Shown: positions 1 through 11,100 of the stretch, piece by piece
Position numbering within the stretch: the first letter of the stretch is position 1
Layout: the number at the start of each line of letters is the position of its first letter
Origin: Macrostomum lignano
Lineage: Eukaryota
NCBI GenBank assembly: GCA_002269645.1
Contig: NIVC01003615.1
Coordinates: 23,620 to 87,619, forward strand
DNA length: 64,000 nucleotides
Direction of reading: 5' to 3'
The notes under the pieces: generated by a model
What the model saw: only the letters and a program-made list of their open reading frames with translations
Databases searched by the model: none
What the model was told of the DNA's origin: nothing
Position numbers and translations under genes: made by a program

Positions 1-1
1 A

Positions 2-3000
2 ATTTCTAACCGAGAGACAAGAGATCTCTGCTGCCAGCAGATCGCACCGTATGCCGCACGCAATGAGCAGTGGGATTTAGTGAGATTTCTAGTCCAGGAA
101 GCTGCCAATCCAACTGTGAAGGATCAGCTAAGAGCTGCTGGATCGGAATCGGCTTCAAAATTCGCCCAGTGGGATGTAGCGGAATCTCTGCTACGAGAAA
201 TCGCCAACCAGGATATTCGAGACGAATGTTGCAGCAAGGTGTTGAAAACCGCTGCAGCCAAGCATCAGTGGGATTTAGTGAGACTTGTTGCACAGTTAAT
301 TCAATGCGAACGGAAGCGAGACAGAAGCTGCGTGGAAACAGCAAAATCTGCTGCAAAAGACGGTCAGCAGGAACTCGTTCGATTTCTGGTGCAACAAATC
401 GGAGACCAGAGTTTGAAGGACAGGTGCTGCATGGAGGCATCGGAAGCTGCTTCAAATGCGAGACGTTGGCCATTGGTGAGACTTCTTGTTGAACTCTTCT
501 TTGACAGTGGCATGAGAGATCGGATCTGTGTGCATGCCGCTAAGGCCGCTTTGAGATTTGGCCAGTTGGAGGAACTGAAGTTTTTCGTTGAGACAGTTGC
601 TGATCGAAGTTTAAAGGATCAATTCTGCATCGAGGCGGCGAAATCTGCTGCCAAAGAGCGCCTTTGGCGAGCGGTCGAATTTTTGGTGATGACAGTGGTC
701 GATGAGCGTTCAAGAGACCAGTGCTGCAAGGATGCCGTGAAATCAGCTGCGAGTGAGTGCAAATGGGAACTTGTGGGGTCGCTCGTGAGTGCTATTTCCG
801 ATCCGAATATAAGCGATCAGTGCTGCATAGAGGCAGCCAAGTGTTCCGCAAGTGTTGGAAAACAGGAGATCGTTGAATTCCTATTTCACGCTCTAAAAAA
901 TCCCGATTCGCAAATCGCCTTCCGCCGAGAATGCGCCGTGGCGGCTTGCTGTCGTTTGCGCGAAGAATTTGTGGCTTTTCTCGGCGTTGAGCCCGACTGG
1001 CTCTTCGAATTTAGCCATGTCCTCAGCTTCACAGCTTCGATGGCCATCGAGGGCCGAAATTCCGTTCTGAAGTCGACTCTGTCGAAGATGAATCCCGATC
1101 GAATCACCCAGCTGCTCTGTCTCTCAATCTCACACTGCCATGTCTCACTGGCTCTAACGCTTATGGACGACGAGAGATTCAGCAAAGAGCATGTTGATGT
1201 GCCCGACAGCTCAGGAGCAACTGCGCTCATGCTAGCGGCTGATTCTGGTCACCACGAGCTCATAGATAAGCTGTTGGATCTGGGAGCGTCAGTGAGAGCT
1301 CAAGATCATCAGGGTAGAACGGCATTGACGCGAGCCTGCGAGGCGGGTCACATTAGAACTGCAAAGCTTCTGAAAGACAGGGGAGCGAATGCGGACCATC
1401 GAGACGGCCAAGGCCTGACGTGTACGCAGCTGGCAGAGAGGCTTGGACACTCGCAGCTGCTGCGGCTGCTGTGTCCCGAGAAAGTGAGGTCAGTTCATGC
1501 ACAAATATTTTCTAAGTTCGTTGCGCTCAACAAAAGTTTTATCATTCAAACTTAGGATTGACAGAAAATTTGCAAACCTTTCAGCAGCCCGCCCATCAAG
1601 AAGCCGGTCGCTCTTTCCAGAAAACCTTCAAGTTCTTTGCCTTCGTAAGTTTTTTCCGCAAGCAGCTTTTCCATGTCTTTTACTTGCCGTCGGCATAGAT
1701 GTCTACGAGCGTAGAACTTCAATAGCCACAATGGCTATAAGTGTATAGATTTAAATGATTGCCTAATATATAAAAAAGAACTTTTTCCCCATTCCAGATT
1801 CAAAGACGATGTTCAGCAGGACGAGCAGCTCAGCGAAGAGCTGCATCAACTGCTCAGCAAAGCTGGCTTCACATCTGAGAGAGCGGAGTGCCAGCAGAGA
1901 ATGGCCTGCCTGCTGGAAGGAGTCGCCAAAACTCTGACTGAATATTCCCGAAAGATGACTGGCAGCTATGCGGAGGGTTGGGCTAACAGTCTGATGCAAG
2001 TCAACGGCAGGACAGCGGCTGACTCGGACATTGACTGGACTGTGCTTGTTCGCGGACAAACGTTTCATCTTGAAGACGGATGCGGAAAATTTCGCGAATG
2101 CAATAATGTCGAAAAACTGAAGGTTGCAGAGGGTCACGCACAGGTGACAGTAGGATCTGGTAAGAGGAACAGGGTAATGTGTAACTTTTTAGTTTTCTTG
2201 TCAAAAAGTATTGCTCCGGCCCACTTGATTCGCAGTTGAACTTTCGCATTAGTCGCAAGTTTACCCTATCTTATTCAATCCATAGGCAGCCAGCCTGCTG
2301 TGACAGTTGGTGCATCCGGGGTGCGGCCTGCACTGGACACGTGCCACGCCATTGAGTGCTGCAGCTCGTTCTGCGAGGACAGAATTGAAAAATTAATTAA
2401 AAACTACGGCTGGGTTCACCTCGTCAGGGCTACTCGACCGAGCTCAACCAACGAGCTCAGGGTAAGTTTCAGCTTCCAAGAGAGGGAGATCATGCGACAA
2501 CTGAACACAATTCAGGGACAGCTGTTCACAATTATCAAGTTCATCTTCAAAAGGCACCTGCCGCTTAATCTCAGCACGCCCGGGCTCAAGAGCTATCACG
2601 CGAAAACGCTGCTATTTTTCATGCTGGAAAAGCACGGCATGGAGAATGGAGAAGCTTGGAAACCTCAGAAACTAATCTCGCTGATCAAGGAGTCACTCAG
2701 CATGCTCCTGAGCTTCATCGATAAGAGCAATTCAGCCGATGTGTGCATGCCGCATTTCTTCATGCCCGGCGCTCCGCTCTACTTCAAAAATGCTGGAATC
2801 GGTGGCGACTTTGACAACACGAAGGCGAGAATTCGAAGCCGACTCAGCGAACTTAGGGGCGACATTAGCGGAGTGCTTAAGCAGCTTAAGGTGCTAGTGA
2901 GACCTCTGGAATCGGAGAATTTCTACTTTCACCCCTTCACGCTGTTGCCTCTGACGGCTTCGCCGGCCGAACTCGAGATAAGAAGCGGAATGGCCTTGCA

Positions 3001-3685
3001 GGAGCAGCATTCAAGGCTTGCGCGAGTGTACCAGGTGCTTCACCAGTGCTTGGACGAGCTGCAGTCGGAATCGAGCGACAGGGACACTCTGACTGGGCAA
3101 CTCGGTCAGCTGGACCAGCTTCCGTCTTGCAAATACGCCGCCATGTGCCTGGCCGCCATTGTCAGCTTGCGGTTTGGAGAGACAGCCGAGTCGGAGAGAA
3201 TCTTGATGGAGCTTCAAAAGCGAAGAGTCAAAAGTGGACTTAGCCCGAGAGAGGTTCAAACGTTGGACACAGACTGGGCTTGGCGGTTCTGCCTCCCGTG
3301 TCACAATCCGCCCCACTTCCCGTTCCTGCCCGGCTTCACGCAGTCTCTGTTCACAGCCAGACTGTCGCAGCCGAGCTCCTCTCACCTGTACGTGAACTTC
3401 CGCTGCCTGAGCTGGAGCCTCCAAGCCGAGCTGCTCCATGATCGCAGCCCAATAGTGTTCGGTGAGTGGCTGGAAGATCTGCAAGAAGACCCGGACTTGG
3501 AGGAGCTGCTCACCCTAGCCCACTACAGCGACTGCCGTGAGCATGTGATGTTCTGCCTAGAGCAAATGGAGATTATCAGAGACGAGAGACGCGTCGCCAT
3601 GGATACCCAGGACCACGAAAAGATTCGCTGCGTGACTGAGAAGCTTCAACGGCTAAGCAAGTCTCCGCAGGCACGGCGCTCTTAA
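2..3685 (+). CDS. Ankyrin/helical-repeat cGAS-like receptor (Mab-21/cGLR nucleotidyltransferase), 5'-truncated, at least 1107 aa
   Basis: Model join(<2..1483,1565..1644,1798..2159,2286..3685); all introns GT-AG with matching phases 0,2,1 (alternative first intron 1488^1585 is also in frame). The frame is open from base 2. Order of domains: nine 33-aa repeats, then canonical ankyrins (GATALMLAADSGH, GRTALTRACEAGH, GLTCTQLAERLGH), then NTase motifs TGSYAEG (GS at 1961-1966), DSDID (2021-2035) and LDTCHAI (D at 2336-2338), then Mab-21 motifs LRVSFSFQE, LKSYHAKTLLF and CMPHFF. Confidence 0.88.
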
Positions 3686-4329
3686 ACATGGAATTGACCT
3701 CTTATAATTAAATGCTTCAGATAGAAGGACCAGTGAGCATAAATTTTTATCTAAGCACAGTAGGCATATAGGTTGTAGTGTAGTGTTAATACAGACGATA
3801 ATACTTTGCTTCCAACTTTCTCACACGGTAGAGTAGCGCAGTCTGTTTGTCCTGTTCGTGTGTAAGTTGCTTTTTTGCTTCAATGTCATTGACTTATGAG
3901 TATTATCTACACCGCACGAGGGTCACTCCGAAAGTTTTTTAGAATGTAACGGTTATAATGCTAATAACAAAACAAAACTCTAAACTTTTTTTAAGTAACT
4001 CCCTCCAGCAGCAAAACAAAAAGTTCTATTCCTTCCCTTCCATTCTAAAGACTTTCGGGGTTGACCCTCGTAAAGCCAATTTCTATACAGAGCGAGGTAA
4101 AGCTCCCTTTTGGATTAAATTTTTCTATTTGCTGTTCTGTTCTGTTTAATCCTCTTTGTATGTTCTGACAGTTTCAAAGGTTTTTTAATTTTGAACAAAT
4201 GTACTTGCGTTCACTTAAGAAAATGCTATCCTAACAATTTTGGCACGGGCTTCTTTTTAGCTAGAAGCAGAAAACTTGATAGAGAACCAGATGTGAACTT
4301 TAGAAGCAGCTCATCAGCAGGCCACCCAT

Positions 4330-4660
4330 CGAGAACATCCAACCACAGCGGTACGAAAAGTGCTTGCCGTTGCCTGGTGATCAAAGAAACGAAAGAAGAC
4401 CGTCGAGATCTGCGCGCTGACGACATCGAAGCTTCGAGACGCTGACGGACGTGCGGACGGAGCTTCCTCGATTTCGGCAATCTGGTTTCCAAAGTTCGAG
4501 AGGATCTGCGACGTTCGTTCGTCCTGCCGCCAGAGGTCAAAACCTGCTTTACCTAGATGCTGACGGATTCGCTTGAGCAGCAAGTTGACGAAGCGCACGC
4601 TAGCCTGCTGCGCGTCGCCTTTACGGTCAGCAACTATCGTCGAGTCACCGACGCCAGCTG
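4330..4660 (+). mobile_element. Degenerate RTE-type LINE fragment (C-terminal RT region)
   Basis: Translates in pieces to LVI..KKTV, DFGNLVSKVREDLRR and LTDSLEQQVDEAHASLLRVAF...RVTDA. Bases 4550-4625 align at the DNA level with the reverse complement of 63005-63075 in the RTE relic near the window end. Confidence 0.75.
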
Positions 4661-6299
4661 AGCAAAATTTCTTCCATATAATTTTTTTGCGATCCAGGTG
4701 TCCGTATGAACTACTACGAGCTAGCTAATGGAAGTTTTCTTTATTGAATTTGTTCTGTTCTGATCATGTAAACTTTTACTATAGATTGTTTTTTGTCTAA
4801 GTTTGACATTATTTTCGCTAATAAATTATCCAATTTCATGTTTCAGTGTGTGCGTAGATTTGAAATAATCTAAGCAACTTTGTGTGCAAAAATTTGAATA
4901 TTTTGTGGGATTAAACATACAAGTATACCTTTTACTCATTAGCTTTTGCTGAGAAACGACAGCTCTGCGAGGGATTAAAGATTATAGTTTAAGTAGCTTT
5001 GATTCTTCTATAGATTTACATGTATAAGTCAGCTTGTTGAGCAAGAACGTCAAGAGTTGCTTTTATATATTTGTGCTCCAATTGCTGGGACACACATGCC
5101 CTGCCTCTGGTCGCCTACGCGTACGCTGGAACCCGCTGGACAAAATTTTAACATCCAACTGACCGAATTAGCCATGTAAGTTTAAGCCATTGAAAATAGC
5201 TATCAGTTTTTATATGGATTCTGCAGTTGGCTCATCTGGTCCCAGAATCGCGAGAACAGACAAAACTGCCCCCCCTTTCCCGAATTGTGCGTACAACCAT
5301 GCAGGATCCGGGAAAGGGAAAGGGGGGACAATTTTTTTTATCTCATCGAATCGATCGATCGCTTGGCAATTTAATTGCGATCGTCAGTTCCCTCTGTCCA
5401 GCCTCGTGAACAACAAGCCTACAGCAGAGAGCGTACAGTAAATGTACATGTAAATCGGGGTTTTCAGGATGTTATAAAACAAGGAATCAACTCATAGATT
5501 TGAGCGATACTTCAAATAGGGAAGTTGCCAACTGCCCTAGCTCTGTAGTATATTTTTCTATCTATCAATTTCGCTACTGGATACTTTCGTATAAGCAATG
5601 AGCCTAAAAGTTTACTAAATACGCCAGTGTATCGTCTAATATCAATAATTATGGATGTCGAAATTCTAAGCGGCGAGTCTCGAAGATGGCGACAGTTTGT
5701 GGCAAAGAAACGGCACAACTTTCCCGAGGGGTGAGTTTCAAGTGCATGTACCAGCATTAGGATCGTAATTGGTGAAAATTGTAAGCTTCAGCTTCTGCGC
5801 TAGCGATTCTTGAAATAGCTGTCGATGCATGTATATAGAAAAACGATGTTAATTCTGTGATTTTACGAGTAATTAATGTAATGTCATATGGTAGTACCGT
5901 AATTTCACAACGTCCAATACAACAACTGCCGATGATTTTAATAAAGCAACCTTACGCATGTTGCATCGTAAATGTACAATTGTTGTCCTGGATATGCTTT
6001 AAGCCCTACATTATTGTCAGGTTCCCCTGTCGAAATCTAAACACTGCAATGGACTCCCTTTGTGCATGAAAATAATTCGTTCTCAAATTTTAACAAATTA
6101 TTGGTGTAGTGTCGATATTAATGTATCAATGACAAATTTTAACAGTAAACTAACATTTTATACTGATCAACAAGCTATACATGTACATTTCCAGTAGAGC
6201 TACTAGCAATCTACGCCCCCCGTTGGGGAGCCAAAGAAATGCAATACACGTATTTTTAATAAGCTACATGTATCCTTGAAATCTTAAAAAATCTCCTGT

Positions 6300-6565
6300 C
6301 AAAATTCTAACCCTAACCAAAACCCTAAATTCAATATTTTGTCCATGAGTTTTTGCATGATCGATGCTTCTATGATTTTTGGCATGACGCTTCCATTGTT
6401 TTTGCATGACGCTTCCATTATTTTTGCATGATGCTTCCATGATAAACATTTTTAATAAGCTAAATGAGTTAAGTTATAAGCTACCCTAACCCTAACCCTA
6501 ACCCGAATCTTAACGCAATAACCCTGAACCTAACCCTAAACCTAAACCCTAATACCAACCCTAGC
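6300..6565. repeat. Short degenerate (CCCTAA)n telomere-like tracts plus 3-4 copies of a ~21-bp unit (TTTTTGCATGACGCTTCCATT)
   Basis: ccctaaccctaaccctaaccc at about 6485-6504, with degenerate copies to ~6560 and at 6307-6330; tandem unit at about 6350-6440. Confidence 0.6.
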
Positions 6566-8182
6566 TTGAAGGACGACTAGTGTACTACATAAAAGTACTT
6601 TAACATGTACCTTTAAATAAAAGTATATTTAAAATTGCATATTTCATTTGGGTAACAGTAATTAGCTTTTTATATTTGGCCAGCTCACGTAGCTTAATGG
6701 AAAAAAGAGATAGTGACTTTTTTATGCGATGGCTTGCAGAAAATTTACAGTTTTTGGCTACACGAGGCTTAAAGACTTCAGGTTAAGTTATCACGAATTA
6801 AATTGACAATATCGCTACGTTTAAACAAAGATATATACCATTTATTAGTCCTGGCAAAATATTGCTTTGATAAAGTTGGTCTAAATTATAAAATGTTGTT
6901 AAACTCGAATATTAGCAACAGGGCCCATATTACGAATGCTGTGTTAGAAAGTGATAGAGTTTAAATGTAAAATTTTCCTGGAAGTACTGTCGTTTGCCCA
7001 CGTAAACAGTTTCGAACTGGTGGCACTGGTACTGGTAGCAGACTGCAGAGGCATATGTCTTAATCAACAACTATTTAAGCGGGTTAAGTGTTAGTTTAGA
7101 GCCCGAAAACTTATATACATTAAAATTTCTCGGCAGTACGCAAAGTTTTTAAAATTGAAACACTGGTAGAAAAATATCCGCGTTAGACACTTAACAATGT
7201 TTGCAAGGGAGATTGAGTCGTAAGTTTCTTTTTGAATTTAATGCTGGTTGTACATTATCTCTTTTATTTCACATGAATCTAGAACTTTCAGGTCTATTGG
7301 CGGGTCAAATTTCAGGTCAAATGGCAATTGTTTCTTAGATGTTGAACTTTTTGTGCAAGCATTGTACAGTTTGAACTTCTGGTTGATCTTAGTCCTAAGA
7401 CATGATTTACTTCTTACATATAACCAGCCTACCAGTATTAGTTTAACAGTTTGCTCAAGCACCTCATCCAATAAAAAAATTATACTATATTTTTTAGGTT
7501 TTTTATGTGCCTGAATTCCTAATGCTTAAAAACCTTCAAATTTAATATCACATATATCTTCTTTTGAAAATTGATAATTCAAAAAATGTTTTATAGTATA
7601 TAGTAACGCTAGTATTAAATATAAATATAACAGATGCAGTTTAATTATTGTAAATCTTATTATTATGGAATAGCTGTTTAATTCTTTGGACTACTCTTGT
7701 TTTTAAATTAAATACCTTTATTATAATATATAATGTTAAGCTAATAATTCATATTTATTAGCATTTGATTTTAGTTTATTGCTTTTATTAAGAAATATTT
7801 ATTTACCATTTATATTTCATAGCTATAAACCCAAAATCATATTGCTAAACTGAATGCTTAAATATTACTAGTTTACTTTTATCTGTTCTTTATTTTTATA
7901 TTTAAACAACTAGACTTATTTTTATTTAACTCTTTCTTTTATATCCATAAAAGCAGACTTCAGCTTTCATCATATCTATTTGAAGCATTTACAATATTTA
8001 CAAGTTTATTTAAGTTTCTCAGCAATTTTTTTATAAATAACATTGAAACAAATATTATATTAAAATAATTATACTATAAAATACCAATGAAATGCAACCT
8101 GTTCATAAATAAACTGTAAATATTGTGTCTAGTCCAATAACCAGGCTCATTTCTACACTGTCTACCAACCAGGTCGGTGCAG

Positions 8183-11100
8183 ATGCGGCTGTACACACTT
8201 AGCAAGCGCAGCTTTGTATTGGTCTTCCTAGTCTTCTTTGCCTGCTTTGGCCTGGCAGTGTTTGTTGGCCTGCTGGGACCACCAATCATCCAGCAGTCGG
8301 TGCAGAATGCCAGCAGCTTGAAGCCAGCGCCAACTCCATCAGTCATGCGGCGGGGTCCATTCAATCTGCTGAGCCCGCCGCTTAACCTGCTGCACCAGCA
8401 GCTCTGGCTGGTGGCCAAGTTCTTTGTTGATGAGTCGCAGTGTGAGTTGGTCGCAGTCTGATAATTATTGATTCAATAATTTTATAGCGTGTAACATAAC
8501 AGCAGGTGTGGGGGTAACTGACTCGGCAATAAAACTCGCACACACAGACGACCGAAAGCTGGAGTACGGCCTGACCGTCAGCGTCAACTTGACAAGAGGC
8601 CGCGGCGCCAGGTGCGGCAGCTTCTTCAGCGGGCCGCACAGCCGGATGAGGCGGCTGCGGTGCGACCGCAGGGTGAGGAGTGGATGCTGGGCTATGTGCT
8701 GTACTTTATGCTGTAGGTGTGCTGTAGTTTATGCTGTAGGTGTGCTGTAGTTTATGCTGTAGTTGTGCTGTAGGTGTGCTGTAGTTTATGCTGTAGGTGT
8801 GCTGTAGTTTATGCTGTAGGTATGCTGTAGTTTATGCTGTAGGTGTGCTGTAGTTTTATGCTGTAGGTGTGCTGTATTTATGCTGTAGGTGTGCTGTAGT
8901 TTATGCTGTAGGTGTGCTGTAGTTTATGCTGTAGTTTATGCTGTAGTTGTGCTGTAGGTGTGCTGTAGTTTATGCTGTAGTTGTGCTGTAGGTGTGCTGT
9001 AGTTTATGCTGTAGGTGTGCTGTAGTTTTATGCTGTAGGTGTGCTGTAGTTTATGCTGTAATTTATACTGTAGTTGTGCTGTAGTTGTGCTGTATTTATG
9101 CTGTAGGTGTGCTGTAGTTTATGCTGTAGGTGTGCTGTAGTTTATGCTGTAGGTGTGCTGTAGTTTATGCTGTAGTTTATGCTGTAGTTTATGCTGTAGT
9201 TGTGCTGTAGGTGTGCTGTAGTTTATGCTGTAGTTTATGCTGTAAGTTTAGTTGTGCTGTAGGTGTGCTGTAGTTTATGCTGTAGGTGTGCTGTAGTTTA
9301 TGCTGTAGGTGTGCTGTAGTTTATGCTGTAGGTGTGCTGTAGTTTATGCTGTAATTTATACTGTAGTTGTGCTGTAGTTGTGCTGTTTTTATGCTGTAGG
9401 TGTGCTGTAGTTTATGCTGTAGGTGTGCTGTAGTTTATGCTGTAGTTTATGCTGTAGTTGTGCTGTAGTTGTGCTGTAGGTGTGCTGTAGTTTATGCTGT
9501 AGTTGTGCTGTAGGTGTGCTGTAGTTTATGCTGTAGGTGTGCTGTAGTTTTATGCTGTAGGTGTGCTGTAGTTTATGCTGTAATTTATACTGTAGTTGTG
9601 CTGTAGTTGTGCTGTATTTATGCTGTAGGTGTGCTGTAGTTTATGCTGTAGGTGTGCTGTAGTTGTGCTGTAGTTTTATGCTGTAGGTGTGCTGTAGTTT
9701 ATGCTGTAGTTTATGCTGTAGTTTATGCTGTAGTTGTGCTGTAGTTGTGCTGTAGGTGTGCTGTAGTTTGTGCTGTAGTTTATGCTGTAGTTGTGCTGTA
9801 GGTGTGCTGTAGTTTATGCTGTAGGTGTGCTGTAGTTTTATGCTGTAGGTGTGCTGTAGTTTATGCTGTAATTTATACTGTAGTTGTGCTGTAGTTGTGC
9901 TGTATTTATGCTGTAGGTGTGCTGTAGTTTTATGCTGTAGGTGTGCTGTAGGTGTGCTGTACTGTATGCTGTAGGTGTGCTGTAGTTTATGCTGTAGTTT
10001 ATGCTGTAGGTGTGCTGTAGGTGTGCTGTAGTTTATGCTGTAGTTTATGCTGTAGGTGTGCTGTAGGTGTGCTGTAGTTTATGCTGTAGGTATGCTGTAG
10101 TTTATGCTGTAGTTGTGCTGTAGGTGTGCTGTAGTTGTGCTGTAGGTGTGCTGTAGTTTATGCTGTAGGTGTGCTGTAGTTTATGCTGTAGGTGTGCTGT
10201 AGTTTATGCTGTAGGTGTGCTGTAGTTTTATGCTGTAGGTGTGCTGTAGTTTATGCTGTAATTTATACTGTAGTTGTGCTGTAGTTGTGCTGTATTTATG
10301 CTGTAGGTGTACTGTAGTTTATGCTGTAGGTGTGCTGTAGTTTATGCTGTAGTTTATGCTGTAGGTGTGCTGTAGGTGTGCTGTAGTTTATGCTGTAGGT
10401 ATGCTGTAGGTGTGCTGTAGTTTATGCTGTAGGTGTGCTGTAGTTTATGCTGTAGGTGTGCTGTAGTTTATGCTGTAGGTGTGCTGTAGTTTATGCTGTA
10501 GGTGTGCTGTAGTTTTATGCTGTAGTTGTGCTGTAGTTTTATGCTGTAGGTGTGCTGTAGTTTATGCTGTAGGTGTGCTGTAGTTTTTTTTGCTGTAGGT
10601 GTGCTGTAGTTTATGCTGTAGTTTATGCTGTAGGTGTGCTGTATAAAACTAAGTGATAGGCCTAGGACTGCAGCAATATTTCCCATATCTCTCGCGCAGG
10701 CCTGCTCCCAGATGACCCTGTTCCACCTGAGCTACATCAACTGCAGCCGATACTCGGTGCAGGTGGGCTTCTCAGGCCTGGAGAATGTGTCCGGCGAGAT
10801 GCTGTCGGTGCGCGATGTGCAGTTCGGCTTCGTCACCTACAGTCCGGCCTTCACGCAGGAGGAGATCTGGCTGAGATTCCTCCTCCTGCTCGCCTCCTTC
10901 GTGGCCGTGGTGAGTTCAGTCTCCCCTCTGTTCTCTCATCCACCATCTGTCCTCTCACCCCTCCGTCTCTTCTCTCACCCCACCATCTCTTCTCTCACCC
11001 CACCATCTGTTCTCTCACCCCACCATCTCTTCTCTCCCCCTCCATCTGTTCTCTCGCCCACCATCTGTTCTCTCATCCACCATCTGTCCTCTCACCCCTC

